From Rhodospirillales bacterium (lineage in GTDB: Bacteria; Pseudomonadota; Alphaproteobacteria; Kiloniellales; JAKSDN01), in assembly GCA_029859805.1 (NCBI GenBank), contig JAOUCL010000128.1, forward strand, positions 1 to 13,821: 13,821 nt of DNA, given 5' to 3'. The notes beneath the pieces are model-generated. The model was given only the letters and a program-made list of their open reading frames with translations. It was not told where the DNA came from and made no database searches. This document shows, piece by piece, positions 1 to 6,941 of the stretch. The stretch's first letter is position 1. The number at the start of each line of letters is the position of its first letter. The position numbers and the translations under genes are program-made.

Positions 1-66
1 CGACGGCTCCGCGACGACCTGGGCAACGGCCCGCCTGCCGAACCGCCGGTAGGTCGGCCGGCATAA
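1..66 (+). CDS. Possible 3' end of an upstream CDS running off the window edge (frame 1 open from nt 1 to TAA 64-66)
   Basis: Frame 1 has no stop for 21 codons and a GC-rich third position. It is too short to identify. Confidence 0.2.
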   Translation, partial: RRLRDDLGNGPPAEPPVGRPA

Positions 67-88
67 AATAGGAGCAACTATCTATTAT

Positions 89-117
89 TTGTGCATGAGA
101 TAAGTCCCGGCTATTAT
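89..117 (+). promoter_or_regulatory. Sigma70-like promoter TTGTGC-N17-TATTAT, presumably for the porin gene
   Basis: TTGTGC at 89-94 and TATTAT at 112-117 are 17 nt apart, inside the only AT-rich stretch (60-130) upstream of the 238..1236 CDS. Confidence 0.35.
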
Positions 118-237
118 ATCTTGCTCAAAGTGTAGGATCGGTTGAATTCGAAGGTGCCGAGAGCCATTTTTTCATAAGCGCGACCGAATTGGCGGCTAAC
201 GCTTATCGGCGCGTTGAACCTTGGAGCGAGCGGAAAC

Positions 238-1236
238 ATGCCCGGGTTTGCAGGAAGGAGACGGACCCAGCCTATCTCTGCCGCGGCGGCCGTGATGACG
301 GTCGGCGTGCTGGCGTGTTTCCCTGTCATGGCAGGTGACGGCGCGGAACTCCAGCTGGGCGGATTCATGAGCCACGCCTCAGGTTCGAGTGATGTTGTCG
401 AGGGCTCCGCCACCACCAGGCAGGATTTCGGCCGGATCGAGCTCGGTCAGGAGAGCAGCGCGATCTACTCCGAACGGTTCGTCCCGTCGGCCGTCGGCCT
501 GCCTTTCGGCGCGAGCCGGGTCAACGATTTTCTGTTGCCGGAAGGGGCGACAAGCGCCAGTCCGGCCTTGCGGAGCCCGCAACTGCCCACCGACGTCTAC
601 AGCACCGCCGAGGACAATGCCGTCAGTTATTTCACGCCGCGCTTCAGCGGCCTGCAGTTCGGCGCCACCTATACCTCGGCCGGACCCGGCGCCGTGGAAA
701 GCGCGACCCTGCGGGCGCAGGCCAAACAGGATCCTGTCCCACGCAGGGACTTCGCGGTCGGCGTCACCTACCTCGAATCCATTGAGGGAATCGACGTAGC
801 GCTGTCCGGCGGCTTTGAGAGCGCCACGGCCCCGGTCGTCCCCAGCCTCGGCGGAGCTCTGCCGGGCACGGACGAGGATCTCCAACGCTACAGCGTCGGG
901 ACGAGCATCGGCTTCTCAGGCCTGAGGTTGGGCGGATTCTACACCAGGGAGGTGGGCGAGGGGCCGGTCAGCGTCCAGTCCTGGGATGCCGGCGTGAGCT
1001 ACGCAACCGGGCCCTGGACCATCGGCGTCGACTATCTGAGGAGCGCCTTTATCGACACTAGTCGCCCCAGCGCCGAGGGAGACGACGAACTGCAAACCGT
1101 CCAGGCCGGCCTGTCCTATTCGGTCGGCCCGGGCATCGTCGCCAGCGTCAACATACTGCACAGCTCGCTGGAAGACCGCGAAGGCAACGCGTCCAGCGGC
1201 ACCCTGGGCATCCTCGGGTTCTCGTACAACTTCTGA
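238..1236 (+). CDS. Outer-membrane beta-barrel protein, porin-like (signal peptide, C-terminal Phe)
   Basis: ATG 238 follows GGAG at 223-226. The N-terminus MPGFAGRRRTQPISAAAAVMTVGVLACFPVMA|GDG reads as a classic n/h/c signal peptide. The protein ends ...GILGFSYNF with an aromatic C-terminal residue as in OM beta-barrels, and is rich in G, S, T and alternating beta-strand patterns. The ORF track's start at 214 is a TTG. Confidence 0.6.
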   Translation: MPGFAGRRRTQPISAAAAVMTVGVLACFPVMAGDGAELQLGGFMSHASGSSDVVEGSATTRQDFGRIELGQESSAIYSERFVPSAVGLPFGASRVNDFLLPEGATSASPALRSPQLPTDVYSTAEDNAVSYFTPRFSGLQFGATYTSAGPGAVESATLRAQAKQDPVPRRDFAVGVTYLESIEGIDVALSGGFESATAPVVPSLGGALPGTDEDLQRYSVGTSIGFSGLRLGGFYTREVGEGPVSVQSWDAGVSYATGPWTIGVDYLRSAFIDTSRPSAEGDDELQTVQAGLSYSVGPGIVASVNILHSSLEDREGNASSGTLGILGFSYNF

Positions 1237-1321
1237 AGCACTGAGCCTGCAGGGTCCGCGGCGGGACAGCATGACCTTTGTTCTGTAATCTACTGCCTTG
1301 CCAAACCGACGGGGAAGCGGG

Positions 1322-1831
1322 GTGACAGATCGCTCAAGAGAGGCCTTGCTCACCGGCGGCTGCCAATGCGGGGCGCTGCGATACGCTTTGTATGCGCAGC
1401 CCGAGGGGACGCACCTTTGCCATTGCCGCATGTGCCAGAAGGCGGTCGGCGGCCCTTTCGCCGCTCTGGCGCCAGTGCGCACAGCGGACTTCGCCTGGAC
1501 ACGGGGAAGCCCACGCACCTTCGAAAGCTCTTCGATCGCGCTGCGCGATTATTGTCCGGACTGCGGCACGCCGCTCAGCTTCCGCTACGCCGGCAGCGAG
1601 TGGATCGACGTGACGATCGGCAGTCTCGACCGGCCGCAAGATACGCCGCCGACGGTCCATTACGGCGTCGAGAGCCGGCTTGCCTGGCTCGATCGCCTCG
1701 CCGCTCTTCCGGTCGAGACCACGGAGGCGACCACGCCGCGAGAGCAGCTGGCGAAGCTCGTCGATTATCAGCACCCCGATCACGAAACGCCGGACGACTG
1801 GGCGCCGCGGCGCGAGCCCCGGCGCGACTGA
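1322..1831 (+). CDS. GFA family / CENP-V-type zinc-binding protein (glutathione-dependent formaldehyde-activating enzyme-like)
   Basis: The motif GGCQCGALRY...HLCHCRMCQK...YCPDCGTPL gives the Cys pattern of the GFA domain. GTG 1322 is preceded by GGGGAAG (1311-1317). TTG 1298 is an alternative start. Confidence 0.7.
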   Translation: MTDRSREALLTGGCQCGALRYALYAQPEGTHLCHCRMCQKAVGGPFAALAPVRTADFAWTRGSPRTFESSSIALRDYCPDCGTPLSFRYAGSEWIDVTIGSLDRPQDTPPTVHYGVESRLAWLDRLAALPVETTEATTPREQLAKLVDYQHPDHETPDDWAPRREPRRD

Positions 1832-1853
1832 GGACGGCCCGGCTCAGCCGTCC
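1832..1853. terminator. Weak hairpin GGACGG-N10-CCGTCC between convergent genes
   Basis: A 6-bp inverted repeat overlaps the prpE stop codon and sits directly after the GFA stop. It has no T-tract. Confidence 0.2.
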
Positions 1854-3742
1854 TTGGCGTAGCCGACGTCTTTCAGCGACACGGTGATCTCGTCGAGGAT
1901 CGCCGGGTCGTCGATGGTCGCCGGGACCTTGTACGCCTCGCCGTCGGCGATCGCCCGCATGGTGCCGCGCAGGATCTTGCCCGAGCGGGTCTTGGGCAGG
2001 CGCTGGACCACCGCGGCGGTCTTGAAGGCGGCGACCGGGCCGATCTGATCGCGTACCATCTGGACGACCTCCTTGACGATCTCGCCATCCGCCCGCTCGA
2101 CGCCCGCCTTGAGGACCATGAAGCCGACCGGCAGCTGACCCTTGAGCTGATCGGCGACGCCGATCACGGCGCATTCGGCGACGTCCGGATGAGCGGCCAG
2201 CACCTCCTCCATGCCGCCGGTCGAGAGCCGGTGGCCGGCCACGTTGATGATGTCGTCGGTGCGCGCCATGACGAAGACGTAGCCCTTGTCGTCGATGTAG
2301 CCGGCGTCGCCCGTCTCGTAACAGCCGGGGAAGGTCGAGAGGTAGGCCTGCTTGAAGCGCGCGTCGGCGTTCCACAGGGTGGGCGCGCAGCCGGGCGGCA
2401 TAGGCAACTTGCCGACGATCGCACCGATCGTGCCCGGCGCGACCTCCTGGCCCTCGCCGTCCAGCACGCGCAGGTCCCAGCCCGGCATCGCACGGGTCGG
2501 CGAGCCGGGCACGACGGGCAGGTGCTCGATACCCAGGCAGTTGGCCGCGATCGCCCAACCGGTCTCGGTCTGCCACCAATGGTCGATGACCGGCACCTGC
2601 AGCTTGTCCTCGGCCCAGTGCAGCGTATCCGGGTCGCAGCGCTCGCCGGCCAGAAACAGAGTCCGGAAGTGCTGGAGATCGTACTTGCCGATATGATCGC
2701 CCTCGGGATCCTGCTGCTTGATCGCCCGGAACGCGGTGGGCGCTGTGAACATGGTCGCGACCTTGTGCTGCGAGATGACGCGCCAAAAGGCGCCCGGGTC
2801 GGGCGTGCCGACCGGCTTGCCCTCGTAGAGCACCGTGGTGTTGCCGTGCAGCAGCGGCGCATAGACGATGTAGGAGTGGCCGACCACCCAGCCGACGTCC
2901 GAGGCCGCCCAGTAGACCTCGCCCGGCGCCACGTCGTAGAGATTCTTCATGGTCCAGTTGAGCGCCACCGCGTGGCCGCCGTTGTCGCGCACGATGCCCT
3001 TGGGCTGGCCGGTGGTGCCCGAGGTGTAGAGGATGTAGAGCGGGTCGGTCGCGGCGACCGGCACGCAGTCGGCCGGCGTTCCCTGCGCGACCGCGTCGCC
3101 CCACTCGAGATCGCGCCCGGCGATCAGCCCGGCCGGCTCCATGGGGCGCTGCAGGACGATACACGTGGCGGGCTTGTGCCCGGCCAGCTCGATCGCCGCG
3201 TCCAGCAGCGGCTTGTAGGCGACCACCCGGCCCGGCTCGATGCCGCAGGAGGCCGAGACGATAGCCTTGGGCTGGGCGTCGTCGATCCGGGTCGCCAACT
3301 CGTTGGCCGCGAAGCCGCCGAACACGACGGAGTGGATCGCGCCGATCCGCGCGCAGGCCAGCATGGCGATCGCCGCCTCGGGCACCATGGGCATGTAGAC
3401 GATGACCCGGTCGCCCTTGCCGATCCCCCGGGCCACGAGCGCGCCGGCGAAGGCCGCGACCTCGTCCCTCAGCTCGCTGTAGGAGTAGGTCCTGATCGTG
3501 TCGGTGACCGGCGAGTCGTAGATCAGCGCGGCCTGGCCGCCGCGGCCGTTCTCGACGTGGCGGTCGAGCGCGTTGTAGCAGGTGTTGAGCACGCCGCCGG
3601 CAAACCAGCGATAGAACGGCTGCTCGGAGTCGTCGAGGACCTTGTCCCAGGTCTTCTCCCAATGGATCGCCCCGGCTGCCTCGGCCCAAAACCCCTCCGG
3701 ATCCTCGAGCGAACGCCGGTAGACCTCGTCGAAACGCCCCAT
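1844..3742 (-). CDS. prpE: Propionate--CoA ligase (propionyl-CoA synthetase), AMP-forming
   Basis: The 632-aa protein from MGRFDEVYRRSLEDPEGFWAEAA matches PrpE block for block. Matching blocks are YRWFAGGVLNTCYNALDRH, ACARIGAIHSVVFGGFA, YTSGTTGQPKGIVRDNGGHAVAL, PPGC, LPKTRSGKILR and TIDDPAILDEI. ATG at 3742 (plus-strand CAT at 3740-3742) is preceded by GGAAGGGGGAAG. The ORF track's longer 763-aa version adds an Arg/Pro-rich N-terminal extension that is not believable. Confidence 0.85.
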   Translation of the reverse strand: MGRFDEVYRRSLEDPEGFWAEAAGAIHWEKTWDKVLDDSEQPFYRWFAGGVLNTCYNALDRHVENGRGGQAALIYDSPVTDTIRTYSYSELRDEVAAFAGALVARGIGKGDRVIVYMPMVPEAAIAMLACARIGAIHSVVFGGFAANELATRIDDAQPKAIVSASCGIEPGRVVAYKPLLDAAIELAGHKPATCIVLQRPMEPAGLIAGRDLEWGDAVAQGTPADCVPVAATDPLYILYTSGTTGQPKGIVRDNGGHAVALNWTMKNLYDVAPGEVYWAASDVGWVVGHSYIVYAPLLHGNTTVLYEGKPVGTPDPGAFWRVISQHKVATMFTAPTAFRAIKQQDPEGDHIGKYDLQHFRTLFLAGERCDPDTLHWAEDKLQVPVIDHWWQTETGWAIAANCLGIEHLPVVPGSPTRAMPGWDLRVLDGEGQEVAPGTIGAIVGKLPMPPGCAPTLWNADARFKQAYLSTFPGCYETGDAGYIDDKGYVFVMARTDDIINVAGHRLSTGGMEEVLAAHPDVAECAVIGVADQLKGQLPVGFMVLKAGVERADGEIVKEVVQMVRDQIGPVAAFKTAAVVQRLPKTRSGKILRGTMRAIADGEAYKVPATIDDPAILDEITVSLKDVGYAKDG

Positions 3743-3828
3743 CGTCTTCCCCCTTCCGTAACTCTCGAGCCATTCGTCTGCGCTCGCCGGCCAAGCATGC
3801 GGGAATTTCGCCCGCCTTGCAATTCCGC

Positions 3829-3841
3829 CCACAGGAGAACG
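3829..3841. promoter_or_regulatory. Perfect palindrome AGAACGcCGTTCT in the prpE upstream region
   Basis: 6+1+6 inverted repeat about 90 bp upstream of the prpE ATG (minus strand), near a TTTACA -35-like hexamer (complement of 3848-3853). Confidence 0.3.
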
Positions 3842-3861
3842 CCGTTCTTGTGTAAAGGCTT

Positions 3862-3880
3862 TACAGAGGCGGGGCACGGA
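3862..3880. promoter_or_regulatory. Palindrome GGCACG-N7-CGTGCC upstream of prpE
   Basis: 6-bp arms, 7-nt spacer. The GGCACG half-site recurs in the repeat elements flanking hemY. Confidence 0.3.
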
Positions 3881-3913
3881 CAGTGCGTGCCGTCGAGGCC
3901 GGCGCCCGCCGCA

Positions 3914-3941
3914 GGGAGGAGGGGCGGAGTCCCCTCCTCCC
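3914..3941. promoter_or_regulatory. Perfect 11-bp inverted repeat GGGAGGAGGGG-cggagt-CCCCTCCTCCC
   Basis: 11-bp perfect stem with a 6-nt loop and no U-tract. It lies between the SPFH terminator and the prpE promoter region. Confidence 0.35.
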
Positions 3942-4010
3942 GCCCGCCAACCGGGAGCCGGCGGCCTGCCGGGGCCCGGATCCGTTGAACAAATGGCTTC
4001 GTCAAATGGC

Positions 4011-4050
4011 CTAAAAGACGGGGGGAGATTCTTTGAGGGAACCTCCGCCC
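4011..4050 (-). terminator. Rho-independent terminator for the SPFH gene
   Basis: On the minus strand, directly after the stop (plus-strand TCA 4056-4058), the sequence reads GGGGCGGAG-loop-CTCCCCCC followed by GTCTTTTAGG. Confidence 0.45.
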
Positions 4051-4055
4051 CGAAG

Positions 4056-5198
4056 TCAGTTATGCCCCTTTTGCGGCTTGCGCGGCTTGATCTGCACCAA
4101 GTCCTCGAGAACGCCGTCCATGCCGTTTCCGACAATGACGTTGCCGACCTTCTCGGAGACCTTCTCGAGCGCCTCCAGCTCCTTCAGCCGCAGGAGGATG
4201 GGGTTGTCCTCCATCAGCTTCGCGGTGTTGAGCAGGGAGCGCGTCGCCGCGGTCTCCTCCCGGCGCTTGATCACGTTCGCCTGCGCGGTCTTCTCCGCCT
4301 CGATGACCCGATTCATCAGCTCCCGCACGTCGCCGGGCAGGACGATGTCCTTCACGCCGACGGAGGGAACCTCGAGACCGGCATCCCCGAGCTCGGGAAT
4401 GAGCCGCTCGGCGATCGCCGCGTTGATGCCCTGCTTGTCGCCCAGCACCTCCTCGAGGGTCCGGGTGCCGACCGCCTGCCGGAGAGCGAACTGCACCTCC
4501 TTGTACAGGTAATCGCGCAGGTTGGCCGCGACGGAGACGGCCTTGACGGGATCGGCGATCCTGTACACGGCCGTCACGTTGGCCCGGAGACCGACCCGGT
4601 CCCTGGTGAGCACCTCCTGGCCGGTCACCTCGAGGGCCTGGAGGCGCAGGTCGAGCGTCACGACGTCGACCCGCCGAGCGGCCCGGTAGAAGGCATAGCG
4701 TCCGGGCTTCAGCTGCCGCTCGAGCACGCCGTCCAGGTAGAGCAGGCCGACGGACACGCTCGGCACCTCGGCGACCGCGACGAGCCCCTGGGCGTTCAGC
4801 CGCGTCAACGGCGCGACCAGCGCCTCGGGCGCCTCGATCGTCTCGGCGGCGTCGACCACCTGGACCGCGATCTGCCGCAGCCCCTTGGCGTAGAACGCCC
4901 GCTGACCGGGCCCGACCAGGTTGACCAGCTTGCCGTCGGCGAAGACCAGGCCGAGCTGGGTGTCGGCCACGTCCGCCACGGCGAAGTGCTCGTCGACCAC
5001 CGCGGGGTGGGTCAGGTGCAGGGCGGAGAGCGCCGGGTCCTTGACCGGCATCTGCCGCAGGTCGAGATTTCGGACCTCCGGCAGGCTCGCGCCCCGAAGC
5101 AGGCGATGGACACCGGGCCCCAGAACGTTCCGGAACACCCGGTCGCGGAACAGGAGACCCAGCTCGTGGTCCGCAATCCTTACGGCCCTGTACAGCAT
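4056..5198 (-). CDS. SPFH/band-7 (stomatin/HflK/C-like) domain protein without a TM anchor, with a triplicated N-terminal beta-hairpin motif
   Basis: ATG at 5198 is preceded by GAGGAG at 8-nt spacing. The C-terminal 230 aa is a canonical SPFH domain, running from VGLLYLDGVLERQLKPGRYAFY through VDVVTLDLRLQALEVTGQEVLTRDRVGLRANVTAVYRIADP and IVLPGDVRELMNRVIEAEKTAQANV. Two extra degenerate copies of the first SPFH strands lie N-terminal: LGLLFRDRVFRNVLGPGVHRLL and LGLVFADGKLVNLVGPGQRAFY. There is no hydrophobic N-terminal helix. Confidence 0.8.
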   Translation of the reverse strand: MLYRAVRIADHELGLLFRDRVFRNVLGPGVHRLLRGASLPEVRNLDLRQMPVKDPALSALHLTHPAVVDEHFAVADVADTQLGLVFADGKLVNLVGPGQRAFYAKGLRQIAVQVVDAAETIEAPEALVAPLTRLNAQGLVAVAEVPSVSVGLLYLDGVLERQLKPGRYAFYRAARRVDVVTLDLRLQALEVTGQEVLTRDRVGLRANVTAVYRIADPVKAVSVAANLRDYLYKEVQFALRQAVGTRTLEEVLGDKQGINAAIAERLIPELGDAGLEVPSVGVKDIVLPGDVRELMNRVIEAEKTAQANVIKRREETAATRSLLNTAKLMEDNPILLRLKELEALEKVSEKVGNVIVGNGMDGVLEDLVQIKPRKPQKGHN

Positions 5199-5545
5199 TG
5201 CTCATACTCCTCAACAGTTCTTCTTCGTGGTGGAACGCAAAGTTCCTAATGAAAGCGATGGTCGGATGCGCGAAAGGGCTCCGACGCTTGGACGGGGGCG
5301 GCCCCAGCGCGGACAGTCCGATGGCGGGCGACGGCCGAGGGAGCCGGGCGGCATGGCGCGGAATGGCGCCAGGAGCCGGTCCGGTGTGCCCGGCGGTCTG
5401 CCGGCAGCGGGCTGGCTGCGGGGTGGGGACGCGCGGGACGTCTGCGCGCCTGGCCCCGCGCGCGCCCTCGAGCCGAAGCTGTCGGACGACACGGGGAGCC
5501 TGGACCCCTTCCGGCACCCGTAGATTGGTGTCTGCTTTTCAGGCA

Positions 5546-5618
5546 GGTTGATGGAGGGAGTCGAACCCTCGACAGCTAGATTAACGGTCTAGTGCTCTAC
5601 CCACTGAGCTACATCCGT
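5546..5618 (-). tRNA. tRNA-Asn-like gene (anticodon GTT), apparently with C33 and a disrupted acceptor stem; possibly a pseudogene. Boundaries approximate.
   Basis: Minus strand reads ACGGATG-TA-GCTC-AGTGGGTA-GAGC-A-CTAGA-CCGTTAA-TCTAG-CTGTC-GAGGG-TTCGACT-CCCTC-CATCAAC. The D arm and T arm (GG, TTCGA) are canonical and the anticodon loop centres on GTT. Position 33 is C, and only 4 of 7 acceptor pairs form. No CCA is encoded. Confidence 0.5.
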
Positions 5619-5691
5619 GGCGCGACGACGGGACTCGAACCCGCGACCTCCGGACCTCGAGCCCGGTGCTCTACCGCTGAGCTACATCGCC
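5619..5691 (-). tRNA. tRNA-like gene with a Trp/Arg-like body and anticodon CGA, G37, short variable arm; identity unclear, possibly a pseudogene. Boundaries approximate.
   Basis: Minus strand reads GGCGATG-TA-GCTC-AGCGGTA-GAGC-A-CCGGG-CTCGAGG-TCCGG-AGGTC-GCGGG-TTCGAGT-CCCGT-CGTCGCG-C-CA. The D and T arms are canonical and the anticodon stem is 5 bp. The loop CUCGAGG gives anticodon CGA with G37, which does not fit a class II Ser tRNA. Positions 1 and 72 form a G-G mismatch. It abuts the Asn-like tRNA with zero spacer. Confidence 0.4.
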
Positions 5692-5699
5692 GTGATACG

Positions 5700-5715
5700 C
5701 GGTTCGTTTCCGAAC
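5700..5715. other. Hairpin GGTTCG-tttc-CGAACC immediately 5' of the tRNA pair
   Basis: 6-bp perfect inverted repeat 9 nt upstream (minus strand) of the second tRNA's 5' end. Confidence 0.25.
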
Positions 5716-6231
5716 CCGGGCTGTCCTCGACACACGCAAGACCCATTACGGGGCCGAGCGCGCCGGCCGGGCATGGCAGAGCCCGCGCCATAGTGGCTTG
5801 GCCCCAACGCACCTAAGGGAATGAAGCCCGACTACCCAATACCGGGGTGCCGGCATTTTCCTATGTTTGGAATGTTTGTTTCATCTGTCTCGTCCTTTCC
5901 TCGATCTCCGGGATCGCTGGGGGCGAGACACGCGCGGAACAGGCCGTGTCAGGCCCCGGTTCGATCCAATCCTATGAGGCAGTCGCTGCCTCGCGGTTGG
6001 TGATTCATGATCGTTTCCACGTCTTTCACTTGTCCCGCGGATGCGCGGGAGGCGGGTTATAGGCCAGCTTCGGACCCAGTTCAAGGGGAAGTCCGGACCA
6101 GCGGCGAAAAAGACGAAATGTTCCTCGTCGCGCCCCGGCGGCTTAACAAAGCTGCGCCACAGCGGCCGGCGGGGCACGATCCGGTCGCCCGGCGCGCGGG
6201 GTTGCGCCGGGGTGCGTCCGGGCGGGCGCGC

Positions 6232-6747
6232 CTAGGGGTGGTCGCTCAGAAACGGCGAGCCAAACCGCACCTTGCGCCGATAGACCATGCTCCAATACGT
6301 GAGCGCCCCCAAGGTGCCGAGCAGGGCACCGGCGATCATCGTCTGCGCGGAGAAGGTCTCGAGCACGGCCTCACCATCCACGGGACCGCCGCCGAGGGCC
6401 GCCACGATGAAGACCACGGCCGGGGCAGCCACCTGTCCGATCGCGATCCCGCGCAGGGCCAGGCCCCGCCAGGTCCGCCAGGTCCGCCAGCCGAGCTTTC
6501 GCGCCAAGGCGCCGAGCGGCAGGCCGATGACCAGGCTTCCGGCCAGGCTGACGACCAGCGTAACCAGATAGACCGTCCCGCCGACCGCCAGCAGCAGCGG
6601 CGTCGCGTCCCAAGGACCGAGCCCCTCGACGATGCCCGCGCGATGCGCCACGAGGACGGCCGCGAACAGCGCCAGCGCCAAACAGGGTATCTGGGCCGCG
6701 ACCAACAGGCCGTAGAGGGCCCTGTGCTTAATCCGGTGATCCGACAT
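6232..6747 (-). CDS. Small polytopic inner-membrane protein (about 4 TM helices), function unknown
   Basis: ATG at 6747 is preceded by GGGAGA at about 8-nt spacing; the ORF track's TTG at 6753 lies two codons upstream. The protein is hydrophobic (LYGLLVAAQIPCLALALFAAVLVA..., VGGTVYLVTLVVSLAGSLVIGLPLGALA..., IAIGQVAAPAVVFIVAALGG...) and GC3 is high. It contains a 9-bp tandem repeat encoding WRTWRTW. Confidence 0.65.
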   Translation of the reverse strand: MSDHRIKHRALYGLLVAAQIPCLALALFAAVLVAHRAGIVEGLGPWDATPLLLAVGGTVYLVTLVVSLAGSLVIGLPLGALARKLGWRTWRTWRGLALRGIAIGQVAAPAVVFIVAALGGGPVDGEAVLETFSAQTMIAGALLGTLGALTYWSMVYRRKVRFGSPFLSDHP

Positions 6748-6941
6748 GATCAAGATCTCCCTTCAAGAGGAGAGGCAATACCACCAAAACATCGCGAAAG
6801 AATGAATCTCCGGCGACTTCTTCGCCCCCGGCTTGGTTAACGGAGGCTTAACCCCGGCCTGCGCTAGGCCCTTTTCGCGGCGCGCGGGGCCGCTAGAATG
6901 GTCTCCAAGAACGGCTACGAACAGGGACGGGAGGAAGCGCC

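Noticed and set aside
1575-3794. 739-aa ORF on the minus strand, plus the 232-aa, 599-aa and 160-aa ORFs overlapping prpE
   Set aside because: These are alternative frames or the opposite strand of the prpE CDS. The translations are Arg/Gly/Pro/Ala low-complexity strings typical of spurious ORFs in 70% GC DNA, and the prpE frame has clear homology.
3859-3875. Sigma54-like -24/-12 motif (GGGGCACGgacaGTGCg) on the plus strand
   Set aside because: Spacing and sequence deviate from TGGCAC-N5-TTGCW, and it would fire antisense into the SPFH gene. It is better explained as one arm of the GGCACG-N7-CGTGCC palindrome.
1832-4055. Integrase or mobile-element genes adjacent to the tRNA pair (genomic island hypothesis)
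   Set aside because: Nothing in the window resembles an integrase, transposase or phage gene, and I found no direct repeat of the tRNA 3' end elsewhere in the window. The degenerate tRNA 3' end is the only supporting hint, so this is recorded as a speculation inside a finding rather than called as a feature.
3993-5517. 418-aa plus-strand ORF and 485-aa minus-strand ORF overlapping the SPFH gene
   Set aside because: Same region as the SPFH CDS in other frames, Arg-rich low-complexity, with no SD and no recognisable motifs. The SPFH frame has canonical domain motifs and a strong SD.
5820-6010. SRP RNA, tmRNA or RNase P candidates in the ORF-less region near the tRNAs
   Set aside because: No match to the conserved SRP domain IV (GGAAGCAGCCAAGGCAG-like), tmRNA 5'/3' acceptor-like ends or the RNase P P4 signatures could be found by eye. 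This remains unresolved without a covariance-model search.
5847-6062. 71-aa ORF with a hydrophobic N-terminus (MPAFSYVWNVCFICLVLSS...) in the low-GC island
   Set aside because: The start is a GTG with no spaced SD. Codon usage is dominated by T-ending codons, unlike every confident gene here, so it is more likely non-coding, though kept in mind as a possible foreign small ORF.
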